A stretch of DNA of 64,000 nucleotides. Source: Paramoeba atlantica. Taxonomy: Eukaryota > Protista > Discosea. The stretch's first letter is position 1. Each line of letters begins with the position of its first letter. Shown here one piece after another: positions 34,824-45,368 of the stretch. Below the pieces are notes generated by a model. It saw nothing but the letters and a program-made list of their open reading frames with translations, was not told where the DNA came from and ran no database searches. The stretch spans positions 718,440 through 782,439 of the forward strand of contig CDRNVI010000021.1 in the NCBI GenBank assembly GCA_977017575.1, given 5' to 3'. Position numbers and translations under genes: made by a program.

Positions 34824-35075
34824 TTACAAAAAACGATGGTCTTACAAAAAACGATGGTCTTACAAAAAACGATGGTCTTACAAAAAACGATGGTCTTACA
34901 AAAAACGATGGTCTTACAAAAAACGATGGTCTTACAAAAAACGATGGTCTTACAAAAAACGATGGTCTTACAAAAAACGATGGTCTTACAAAAAACGATG
35001 GTCTTACAAAAAACGATGGTCTTACAAAAAACGATGGTCTTACAAAAAACGATGGTCTTACAAAAAACGATGGTC
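34824..35075. repeat. 14 identical copies of an 18-mer (minus strand GACCATCGTTTTTTGTAA)
   Basis: TTACAAAAAACGATGGTC x14 = 252 bp, directly adjacent with no spacers. Confidence 0.95.
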
Positions 35076-35081
35076 TTAAAA

Positions 35082-35199
35082 GAGTACAACACTCAGGGTT
35101 CCCGAGCGATCGCTCACCTCAGTACTAACTGAGCCTGACGGTGCTTAACTTCACAAAGCGAACGGGATGTGGTGTTTTCACCGTAGTATGGTCGTACCC
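35082..35199 (-). rRNA. 5S rRNA: 5S rRNA, full length (retroposed copy), followed by TTTT; first 18 nt reiterated twice upstream (35200-35237)
   Basis: GGGTACGACCATACTACGGTGAAAACACCACATCCCGTTCGCTTTGTGAAGTTAAGCACCGTCAGGCTCAGTTAGTACTGAGGTGAGCGATCGCTCGGGAACCCTGAGTGTTGTACTC. Helix I pairs fully (GGGTACGAC with GTTGTACTC), and the conserved GAAGTTAAGC and TTAGTACT blocks are present. Confidence 0.93.
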
Positions 35200-36744
35200 T
35201 CGTAGTATGGTCGTACCCTCGTAGTATGGTCGTACCCGCTCTGTTGCGCTCAGCATGTGTGATCCGAAGTCGAAAAGCCCGAGCTTCAGCATGCCGCGGA
35301 TGGCGGTAAAAATGCTTTTGAAGCCCCTTAAACGTGAACATTTGTTCGGTAGCGCACAAAGTGCACTTGAACTTGTTCTGTTCGCAGGGGAGGGTAAATT
35401 CGATCCAGTCAACTTTTGTTTAAACATAACGTGTATGCTCACTTGATACCAAACGGTATTCATCTGCTGGGATAATACCCGTTGTTCCTTGAATCTGTGC
35501 GAAATACGTACATACTTCGCACAGAGAAACATTCATATCAGTTGGGAGCACCTGTGAAGGGTGCCCCCTACTGAGTATGTGTCCCATCATAGATTTGACA
35601 CTTAGTTTGCGTATGGCGTGCATACATACGATCCATTAGAGAAACTTACGTGAAGCTCCCATTTCGGATGTAGATACGCCATTTCCCGATGTTTCAGAGA
35701 ATTCGCGTGATTAGTATCCACCATGACTGGAGGGAAATCTTGCAAGATAGCAAAGTAATTGCAAGGAATACATAAATGCATTCCTTCGCAATGTTGTGCT
35801 ACATGCTTCGTTATAGCCTCTTTTTAAGAGGTGTTTCAGAACACCCAGGCAGTTTGCACTGGTATATGTTTTCCGTTTCAAGGACGTTTTCTGTCCAAAA
35901 TGCGTACCACCGCTTGTGCTCAGAGCACTTCGCAGGATTGTGCTTCTTGTGGGGCATACCCCCCGCATCAAAGAACGAACAAGCTTCACAGCTTTGTTCA
36001 CTTGTTTTCATATGCTTTTTTTTCGACGTGCTTTCTTGCAGCGCCGAGGCTCATCACTTCACCGGAACAAGCGTCCGCAACACACTTGTAACCGGATTCT
36101 GTGCCTGCGCTTGCGTGAGCTATGGGAAGCTCGTGCCATAGTTCGAACAGTTGCTGTTCGTGTTCGTGGCTGATACTCGAAATATGCTCTCGAGTTTTCA
36201 AGATAGGACGCTGTCCATGCATACTCGAAAACACTTTGTCGGAGCTGCGTGCGGAGTCATAGTTCTTGTTACCTACCCAGTTTCCAAAAATTTTACAATA
36301 GCCACCGCTCTCCCAGCATGACTTCATTCCGTTTTTCTACTTCTTTTCTATTTCTTGTCAATGTGGCAAAATCAACGCGAAAATGAGAATAGTCGCGAAA
36401 ATGAGAATGAGAATGAAAAAATTCTGTCAATGTTCAATTACGGATTCTGAGAACAGTGACTACCACTGTATATGTAAAAAACCTTTCGAATGTTTCGAAT
36501 TTTATTTCTTTTGTATACAGCCATTGATTAATTATCACTGTTGCGCTGGTAATGTGTGCTAGTAGTGTAGGCATGAGTGTCACCTAATAGTACCCATAGA
36601 TAGTTCACCTCAGTTCGTTCTTCCCAAGAATTAAGAATGAATTTAAAAAAAATTAGCATTCGAATGGTTTTTTTGCTACCTAACATAAGTAAATTATTGC
36701 ATCAAAAAATAGACAAAAAAGAAGATAAGATGGGCACGACAGAT

Positions 36745-36860
36745 GGGCTCTCTAGATGGGCACGACATACTGAGGCCGGAGTGTTCGCCCACTCCTTCTT
36801 AACCCTCTCCCACAACTCTCGGACCCCACTTGGCGGATCACCCAAGAAGGGATAATTAAC
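36745..36860 (-). pseudogene. Tc1-like transposase C-terminal remnant
   Basis: PSGVRELWERVKKEWANTPASVCRAHLES resembles the Tc1 C-terminal pattern ELxxxxxxEWxxIPxxxxxxLxES. Confidence 0.5.
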
Positions 36861-38349
36861 TGCGCTTTTTATGAAACATGCAAACTCGAGCGCAGGGAAG
36901 TGGTAGAGTAGGCCGCGGCGATAATTTTCCACCCCCCCCCATGTTGTTACCCCCCCTGGTACGCGCAGGAGGGGTCCGACAAGGTCAAAATTTCCGAAAT
37001 TTTTGGGGTGACCAAAAAAAAAAAAATTGACCTAAAAAAAAGTAATAATATTATTTTTCCAAAATCGACTCCTAAAACGTGTTTCAGGAGTTTGGAACCT
37101 CATCTACCATTCTAAGATGCTTTTTTCGTCAGGTTCTCCTCCTACCCCTACTGGTAGGGCATCAAAAACGGTCCAAATTCGGGTTAAAATTTCGCATTTT
37201 TTTGCCGAAAAATCGAGCTTTTTCACCTAGAAAAGTAGATTATTCATGATCTTTTCGAGATTTTTCGTTTTTAGGCTCTTCGTTAAACGCGGTGGTAGTT
37301 TTCAACGCGAAGCGCGCAGCACGAGTGATTTCTAAGTTGAAAACAACCACCGCGTTTAATGAAGAGCCTAAAAAAGAAAAATGCTACTTATCCTAGTACG
37401 TTACTTTTTTTGTTCACTTTTTTTTCAATAGTCGAGTGTAGAGCGGTAGTTTTACAACCACCGCAATGGGGGTCTAGGGGGGGTCCAAGGGGGGGGGCAT
37501 ACGTTGCGAATTTTTTGCTTTTCAAAATCGAGCGCAGGGAAGTGGTAGAGTAGTCCGCGGCGATAATTTTCCACCCCCCCCCTGGTACGCGCAGGAGGGG
37601 CCCGACATGGTCAAAATTTCCGAAATTTTTGGAGCGAAAAAAAAAAAATTTTGACCCAAAACAAAATAAAATATATTTTTTTCAAAATCGACTTCTAAAA
37701 CGTATTTTCGGACTTTGGGATCTGAGCTACCATTCTACGCCGTTTTTATTGACAGATTCGCCTCCTGCCCCCACTGGTAAGGCACCCAAAATGGCCCAAA
37801 TTTGGGCTAAAATTTCGCAATTTTCGCCTAAAAATCGAGCTTTTTCACCCAAAAAAGTAGATTATTTATGATCCTTTGGCGATTTTGACTTCTAAGTTGA
37901 AAACAACCACCGCGTTTAACGAAGAGCCTAAAAAAGAAAATACAAAGAGCGCTAAGAGAAAATAAAAAATTAAAGAGCGCTAGGATTTCATTCCTGCTCC
38001 CGGCGAGGCCCCGGAGTTACGAGAGGCCTCCATACCCCACAACTGCCACCTCCCTCCCCTATTTAGCGGGGGTTTTGGGGAATATGAGAGGCCGAACGCA
38101 CGGAGGGGCCGGCCGGGCCACTGAGTCTGACGTTAGTCACATTATGCGTTATCAGGTTACAATATGCTTTATCGGGTTACATTATGCATTATCAGTGGGA
38201 CAATGTCGGTGTGTAGCTGCTTCGGCTTCGCAAATTGCTTCCCACTAACGACGTAGTTAGGGTGGTGTCTTGTGATTGGGTGGGTGTCGAAAGATTGGAT
38301 CGATCCCCACATCGGGCATTTTGGCACTTGGGTGCCAGGGATATATTTT

Positions 38350-38900
38350 CTGAAAATGTACCTCCCGGGCTTCGAACCTGCGATCACCAGATCATGAAGG
38401 TAAGGTGTTACCCACTGGGTTCGAATACCTGGGTTCGAGTCCCAGGGCCCACGTTTTTAAGCACCGTGATTTGTGCCCAAATCGAGGATAGGTGGGGTGG
38501 TAGACCCCCATTTCTCACCCTGCTGGATCCACCCTACCCCGGACAGCATAAAGAAGGGGGGTGGAAGAGGTTGTAAACAACCACCGCAATAGCTGCGTCG
38601 TTAAAAAGCGGTGGTGGTTGTCAAACGGGGCTTCGCAAATTGCTTCCCACTAACGACGCCACGTATGGCTCAGGCCCGCTCACGCGGGTTCGAATTACGA
38701 GTAGCGGGTTCGAACCCCCTGCCAACGCGCATGCTAATGCGTGGCCTAGGCAAATGGATCAATCCGTCCAGATATCGTGGACCCAAGCTTCTTAGATAAT
38801 CCCTGTGTAGCCGGACAAAAAGTACATCAGTGGGAATCGAACCAAGCCCTCTCATATGTAAAGTCACTGGACCCGACGACTTGGCTAATCAGACCCGTGG
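38350..38900. other. Cluster of degenerate tRNA-like / B-box fragments (SINE remnants)
   Basis: Several GGTTCGAA/GGTTCGATTCC boxes on both strands. One example on the minus strand at ~38825-38897 is TAGCCAAGTCG...TTTACAT...GGTTCGATTCCCAC. No complete cloverleaf could be drawn. Confidence 0.45.
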
Positions 38901-39288
38901 CGAAAATGAAAATCAACAGCACCCCTTTCATCGACCATACCCCTCCCTTTTTTGGGATTTTATCACCCGTCTCGTTTCACCCCCACCCGGCCAACCATAA
39001 AGACGAAGAGGCAGAGGTTGTAAACAATCCCCGCAATATGCATTATAAAGGTTGCGGTGGTTGTAAAAATACCGCTCTACACTCGATTGTTGAAAAAAAG
39101 GTGAACAAAAACAGTAAAAATATAAAGGGGAACACAGTAATATAATAGAAGAAAAAAATTGAAGCGGTTGTATAACTACCGCTCTGCCCTCGATTATTGT
39201 GGTGGTTGTATAACTACCGCTCTATCCTCGATTATTGAAAAGCAAGTGAACAAAAACAGTGAAAATATAAAGAGGAAAACAGTAATAT

Positions 39289-39925
39289 AATCCAGGCTAA
39301 AGTGGAGAGAAGAGAAGAGAAGAACACGGAGGGCTCTGCAGCGCCAACCGTTAGGGTAGAGTCTCAGGCCACCGACCTTCACCGTGTTGCTACCCCCTTC
39401 CCAGGCGGCACTCGACGCCTTGCGGCCCGAGCACGGCTACCCTACCGTAGCTACCAGGACGGGCGTCCAACCCCGTTGCATCGTTTAGGCTGTGTCTCAA
39501 GCCTCCTTTGCGTAAGCAGCTCGCAATTTAGCGGCTGCGCTGGAGCCTGGTTCAGCTCGGCGGTTCCGGGTCGGTCCTCCAGGGGAGCGGGGTTGGGTGT
39601 GGGCCTTGAAGGCACTCCTGATCGCTTTCCCTTTGTAGTGAGGCCGCCAGGTTGCGAGTATTGTCGATAGCGGGAATCGAACCAACAACCTGCAGGTTGT
39701 AAGGCCCACCGTCTACCAACTACACCCGTACCGCCATAGCTAAAGTGGACGAGGGAGATACTAAAGGCACCTTTGGAAAACCACCTCGAAACTGGAACGG
39801 TATCACCCGTTAAAGACCCTTTTTCCACATCAGAATGCTCTACAAACCGGAAGATCCCGTTCCAGTTTCGAAGTGGTTTTCCAAAGGTGCCTTTAGTATC
39901 TCCCTCGTCCACTTTAGTCTGGATT
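39289..39925. repeat. GGGAGATAC-family palindrome, variant 3, with a SINE inserted in its left arm
   Basis: Left arm AATCCAGGCTAAAGTGGACGAGGGAGATACTAAAGGCACCTTTGGAAAACC; right arm ...GGTTTTCCAAAGGTGCCTTTAGTATCTCCCTCGTCCACTTTAGTCTGGATT. A partial copy lies at ~7589-7705. Confidence 0.8.
39307..39738 (-). mobile_element. tRNA-derived SINE family 2, copy 2
   Basis: Near-identical to 25822-26235, with the 11-bp TSD GCTAAAGTGGA (39296-39306 and 39739-39749) and a (TTCTC)n tail. Confidence 0.88.
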
Positions 39926-40389
39926 ACATAGCCACCCGAACATGCTCCCTATGGCGCTTTACAGCTTCCCACGTGAGGGAGTCGTCGTCGCCGCGGCAAA
40001 AAGACAGAAGGCTCCGCCTTCTGCCTTTTTGCCTTGCGCCTCCACCTTCCTCTACGGCCTTGCGTGTCACACACTTCCAGGTAAAGTTTGGCCTTTCTAG
40101 GTGTATTACCGGAACAGGGTGGAGAAATATCAAATGAAACCCAAGAGTATACAGGTATAGAAGGCTTTAAACTCTCAAAAAACGGTCTAGGAGTTGATTT
40201 GGGAAAAATATTTTTTTTCGCTTTCACCCATAAATTTTTAGTTTTTTTTTTCAAAATTTCAAAAATTGCTATGATAAGTCGGGGGGGGGGGGGGGGCAGG
40301 GGGTACCCATCGGAATTGTTGAAAAATTGTCACTAAATTCGATTCATACGTCTTTGTAAACATCTTTTTCGAAAACTCACCTGAAACGA

Positions 40390-40475
40390 TATCGGGCACG
40401 AAATTGGGCACGAAATTGGGCACGAAATCGGGCCACAAATCGGGCCACAAATCGGGCGACAAATCGGGCACGACG
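40390..40475. repeat. Short ~12-bp tandem repeat (AAATCGGGCACG / AAATCGGGCCAC)
   Basis: About 7 degenerate adjacent copies. Confidence 0.75.
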
Positions 40476-41489
40476 AATTAACCTAGGGAGTATCGTTTGT
40501 TCAACTTCTTGGTTGTCTTGTTCACCTAAAAAGAAAAGCCAAAAACTTTTAGGATGTTCACCTCTTTGAGGCTCAGTGTCTCAAGCGACTCACTCGCCTT
40601 GCGATATACCCCCCAAAGTAAGAGAATGGGTTTTGGGTTGAAATGGATAAATCTCTCTTACTGAGGGGGGTATGCTTTTTTGTCCATTTTCCTCTTTTCT
40701 CCCAACTTTTTTGACTATTGTTTTGTATTTTTTCTTCGGAAAACGTGATAAAACGCTTATTCGGGTTGCCACCCCCTACCCCCTATAACCCTCCTGTGGG
40801 GCCCACGAGCCAAATCTCTCTTACTAGGGGTCAGCCCAAAAAGGGCCAAATCCCTCTTACTGGGGGGGGGGGGTATCTTACTGGGGGGGGCATACAGTAG
40901 GCGAATGTTGGTAAGACCATTTGAATTTTCCACCGCCCCCTTTTCCCACGAGTGATACGGGGCACAGAAAAAGGATTTACAGGCCAGCTTTTCATTCACT
41001 GCTTTTTAAATTCCGTTCCATTGGTGAGTCTCTAGATCGCCATTTTTCGTCGCAAAAAAATACTCACAGCGACTCACAGCGACTCACAGCGATTCACAGA
41101 AATCTAAAGGTACTCAAAGTTTTTGCTATTCCTTTGTGACTTTTGGTTTTTGTTTTTCGGTTTTTTTGACAGAAATAAAAATGGTAAAGCAGATTTATAC
41201 TCAGTGTTGTAGACCTTGTGTTCTAAAGTCATTGAGGGAGATACGGAGTATCTAACTCGCTTACTAAGGTTAATTCCAAAACTTGAAAATGCCCCTCAAA
41301 GAAGCGAGAGATCGAGTTTTTTCAAAATTTTAAAACGTAGCAGTACCTCACTAGATGAACTCTTAAATACTCTAGAAATCATCTAAAACAACCTTATTTC
41401 CCAAATTGTAGAACACTTTTGGTAAAAAACAGTGCGTCTGCAAAGGTCTGCGATACGACAAACTGGTTGACTAAGGAGAGTCCTTTGAG

Positions 41490-41560
41490 TAGTCCAGTTG
41501 GTAAAGGGGTTCCATTTTGACGCTGGATGTCCGCGGTTCGATTCCCGGCATCGACATTTT
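41490..41560 (+). other. Degenerate tRNA-like Pol III cassette
   Basis: TAGTCCAGTTGG (A box), GGTTCGATTCC (B box), then ATCGAC and TTTTT. The acceptor stem does not pair well. Confidence 0.4.
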
Positions 41561-41759
41561 TGAACAAAAAAAATTATATGCTCAAAATCGCAAAAAAAAC
41601 AAATTCGGAACGATTTTTTTTTTCAGAAATTTTTTCTTGAAAAAAGTGGCCAGCTGGCCACCAAAAACACGGTTTACATTTTGTATATATATAGAGAGAA
41701 AAATAATGTGCAGGCCCGAGTGGTACAGTGTGTAGGTACAGTGGCCCTTGAGAGAGTGA

Positions 41760-44410
41760 GAGCAGTGCCACGTGAGGCAGTGATTGCACAGTGATGCAGT
41801 GCAGCTGCAGTGGCACGTGCCAGAGTAAGTGCACTTCCATGTGAGGCAGTGACTGCAGTGATGCAGTGTAGCTGCAGTGGCACGTGCCAGAGTAAGTGCA
41901 CTGCCATGTGAGGCAGTGACTGCAGTGATACAGTGTAGCTGCAGTGGCACGTGCCAGAGTAAGTGCACTGCCATGTGAGGCAGTGACTGCAGTGATACAG
42001 TGTAGCTGCAGTGGCACGTGAGAGAGTAAGTGCACTGCCATGTGAGGCAGTGACTGCAGTGATGCAGTGTAGCTGCAGTGGCACGTGAGAGAGTAAGTGC
42101 ACTGCCATGTGAGGCAGTGACTGCAGTGATGCAGTGTAGCTGCAGTGGCAGGTGAGAGAGTAAGTGCACTGCCATGTGAGGCAGTGACTGCAGTGATGCA
42201 GCGCAGCTGCAGCGGCACGTGCGAGAGTAAGATTACCGCCACGTGAGACAGTGAATGCAGTGATGCAGTGCAGCTGCAATAGCACGTGAGAGAGTGAGAG
42301 TACTGCCACGTGAGGCAGTGATGCAGTGTAGCAGCAGTGGCACGTACGAGAGTAAGAGTAGAGGCAGTGAATGCAGTGATGCAGTGCAGCTGCAATAGCA
42401 CGTGAGAGAGTGAGAGTAGTGCCACGTGAGGCAGTGACTGCAGTGTAGCTGCAGTAGCACGTGAGAGAGTGAGAGTACTGCCACGTGAGGCAGTGACTGC
42501 AGTGTAGATACAGTGGAATGTGAGAGAGTCAGTGACTGCAGTGTAGCTACAGTGGCACGTGAGAGAGTGAGAGTACTGCCACGTGAGGCAGTGACTGCAG
42601 TAATGCAGTGCAGCTGCAGTAGCACGTGAGAGAGTGAGAGTAGTGCCACGTGAGGCAGTGACTGCAGTGTAGCTGCAGTAGCACGTGAGAGAGTGAGAGT
42701 ACTGCCACGTGGGGCAGTGACTGCAGTAATGCAGTGCAGCTGCAGTAGCACGTGAGAGAGTGAGAGTAGTGCCACGTGAGGCAGTGACTGCAGTGTAGCT
42801 GCAGTAGCACGTGAGAGAGTGAGAGTACTGCCACGTGGGGCAGTGACTGCAGTGTAGATACAGTGGAATGTTAGAGAGGCAGTGACTGCAGTGTAGCTAC
42901 AGTGGCACGTGAGAGAGTGAGAGTACTGCCACGTGAAGCAGTGACTGCAGTGATGCAGTGCAGCTGCAGTAGCACGTGAGAGAGTGAGAGTACTGCCACG
43001 TGGGGCAGTGACTGCAGTGTAGATACAGTGGAATGTGAGAGAGTCAGTGACTGCAGTGTAGCTGCAGTAGCACGTGAGAGAGTGAGAGTACTGCCACGTG
43101 GGGCAGTGACTGCAGTAATGCAGTGCAGCTGCAGTAGCACGTGAGAGAGTGAGAGTAGTGCCACGTGAGGCAGTGACTGCAGTGTAGCTGCAGTAGCACG
43201 TGAGAGAGTGAGAGTACTGCCACGTGGGGCAGTGACTGCAGTGTAGATACAGTGGAATGTTAGAGAGGCAGTGACTGCAGTGTAGCTACAGTGGCACGTG
43301 AGAGAGTGAGAGTACTGCCACGTGAAGCAGTGACTGCAGTGATGCAGTGCAGCTGCAGTAGCACGTGAGAGAGTGAGAGTACTGCCACGTGGGGCAGTGA
43401 CTGCAGTGTAGATACAGTGGAATGTGAGAGAGTCAGTGACTGCAGTGTAGCTACAGTGGCACGTGAGAGAGTGAGAGTACTGCCACGTGAAGCAGTGACT
43501 GCAGTGATGCAGTGCAGCTGCAGTAGCACGTGAGAGAGTGAGAGTACTGCCACGTGAGGCAGTGACTGCAGTGTAGATACAGTGGCAGGTGAGAGAGTCA
43601 GTGACTGCAGTGTAGCTACAGTAGCACGTGAGAGAGTGAGAGTACTGCCACGTGAGGCAGTGACTGCAGTGTAGATACAGTGGAATGTGAGAGAGTCAGT
43701 GACTGCAGTGTAGCTACAGTGGCACGTGAGAGAGTGATAGTACTGCCACGTGGGGCAGTGACTGCAGTAATGCAGTGCAGCTGCAGTAGCGCGTGAGAGA
43801 GTGAGAGTAGTGCCACGTGAGGCAGTGACTGCAGTGTAGCTGCAGTAGCACGTGAGAGAGTGAGAGTACTGCCACGTGGGGCAGTGACTGCAGTGTAGAT
43901 ACAGTGGAATGTGAGAGAGTCAGTGACTGCAGTGTAGCTACAGTAGCACGTGAGAGAGTGAGAGTACTGCCACGTGAGGCAGTGACTGCATCGGCACTGT
44001 ACCTGCAGTGGCACGTGAGAGAGTGAGAGCAGTGCCCCGTGAGGCAGTGATGCAGTGTAGCTGCAGTAGCACGTGAGAGAGTGAGAGTACTGCCACGTGA
44101 GGCAGTGATCGCAGTGCAGCTGCATTGGCACGTGCGAGAGTAAGAGAAGTGTCACGTGAGGCAGCGACTGCAGTGTAGATACAGTGGCACGTGAGAGAGT
44201 AAGTGTACTGCCATGTGAGGCAGTGACTGCAGTGATGCAGTGTAGCTGCAGTGGCAGGTGAGAGAGTAAGTGTACTGCCATGTGAGGCAGTGACTCCAGT
44301 GCAGCTGAATTGGCACGTGCGAGAGTAAGAGTAGTGTCACGTGAGGCAGCGACTGAAGTGTAGATACAGTGGCACGTGAGAGAGTAAGTGTACTGCCACG
44401 TGGAGCAGTG
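41760..44410. repeat. Compound CAGTG satellite (~55-65-bp units with CACGTG, CTGCAG and CAGCTG words)
   Basis: Continuous degenerate GCAGTGACTGCAGTGTAGCTGCAGTAGCACGTGAGAGAGTGAGAGTACTGCCACGTGAG units, with evidence of a ~389-bp higher-order repeat (42871 vs 43260). Confidence 0.9.
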
Positions 44411-44659
44411 ACTCACGTTGAGTGAGTCCACTGAGTGAGGCCCACGGGGGTGGGAGAGTGTTGTGGAAGAGTGGCCAGCTGGCCATGTTGTGGAAGAGTG
44501 TCCAGCTGGCCATGTTTTGGAAGTGGCCATGTTGTGGAAGTGACCATGTTTTAGAAGTGGCCAATTTGTGGAAGGGTGGCCAGCTGGCCATGTTGTGGAA
44601 GGGTGGCCAGCTGGCCATGTTGTGGAAGGGTGGCCAGCTGGCTTTCGCTACTGTTTTGC

Positions 44660-45366
44660 CGTAGCCATATTTGACGCATTGGAGAGCCACGTTTCACCGA
44701 AGGTCCATGGGTGTCGCCCCATAGTTGTAGTGCTGCTGTTTCGTCCATTGTTTAATGGTTCGATGCGCAGTTTCCGCGTGATTGGTATGGTGGCCCAAGT
44801 GGTATAGTGACAAACTCCTTGCTGTGGTTTACAGTGAAATGCCGGAAATAATCCCCAAGATTCCAATACCCTCGCCATTCATCCGTAACCACGACGGACC
44901 GAGCGCTTGTTAGATGAGGGGTTATAAAGTTCAGAAGGGTTTCTTGATCACGGCGCTTTACGAGTTTCCAGTGTGTTCGGCCCATTTTCTGATCATCGAT
45001 TTCTGTCACCGTGACGAACCACCATCCTATTTTTCGGACCCTTTTTCCACGGTTATACCCTTTTTCCACGGTTTGTATTTCCGTTTTCCTATGAATGTTT
45101 CATCCACTTGCAGTTTGGAAAAGTTAAAATCCGTGTTTTCTTGGTGGAACGCTGCTTTACCTACCATGTGAAGGAACTTTGTGACAGTGCCTTGCCGAAC
45201 TCCACGGTTACGACTGATTTGCCCTGTCGTGAGGTTGTTCGCGATGTCCCCCCATATTAGAAGAAGAGTATCTATATCCACTCCAGAGCGACTGTTCAAA
45301 AAAAGGGGAGAATAGAAACGCTCGCGCACGACATGGGTTGCAAGCATCGTCAGCACGATACGTAAA
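44660..45366 (-). pseudogene. Merlin (IS1016/IS1595-like) DDE transposase, frameshifted and 5'-interrupted
   Basis: LQVDETFIGKRKY-NRGKRVR, VVTDEWRGY..F.HFTVNHSKEFV and, in another frame, GHHTNHAE. All three D, D, E positions are recognisable. A ~20-bp duplication at ~45045-45072 causes a frameshift. Confidence 0.85.
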
Positions 45367-45368
45367 TA

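Larger units (their letters stand above)
30161..35237 (-). mobile_element. Full-length non-LTR retrotransposon unit with a 5S rRNA at its 5' end
   Basis: TSD GCTCTGTTGC at 30151-30160 and 35238-35247. Order 5' to 3': 5S head, 14 x 18-mer, single ORF, 3' UTR, hairpin ACCGAT-GCAA-ATCGGT, then an (ATAGG)n tail. Confidence 0.9.
23131..36330 (-). mobile_element. Decayed Helitron (Helentron/Helitron2-like) Rep-PIF1 helicase element, interrupted by four retro-insertions; ends not defined
   Basis: Domain order on the minus strand: C2H2-like fingers (KCTLCATEQMFTFKGLQKHFYRH), Helitron N-terminal region (DSRFAKNAGFIFYCYDV; YGLPSYWITLSP), HUH Rep (FGVVECQKRGALHFHSVLW; RCNTCVVFIGSEG..QYLIKYMSK), then PIF1 helicase (GGPGTGKS, IIVDEVSMI, GDFYQLRPV, TYHKVQGITV, VAISRA). 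Several frameshifts are present. Confidence 0.9.

Noticed and set aside
34824-35075. CRISPR-like array
   Set aside because: The units are directly adjacent with no unique spacers, there are no cas genes, and the context is eukaryotic. The same applies to the 30-bp and CAGTG arrays.
34700-35260. HDV-like or hammerhead ribozyme at the LINE 5' end (as in L1Tc/ingi)
   Set aside because: I could not draw a nested double pseudoknot or a CUGANGA...GAAA core. The 5' end is occupied by the 5S and the 18-mers.
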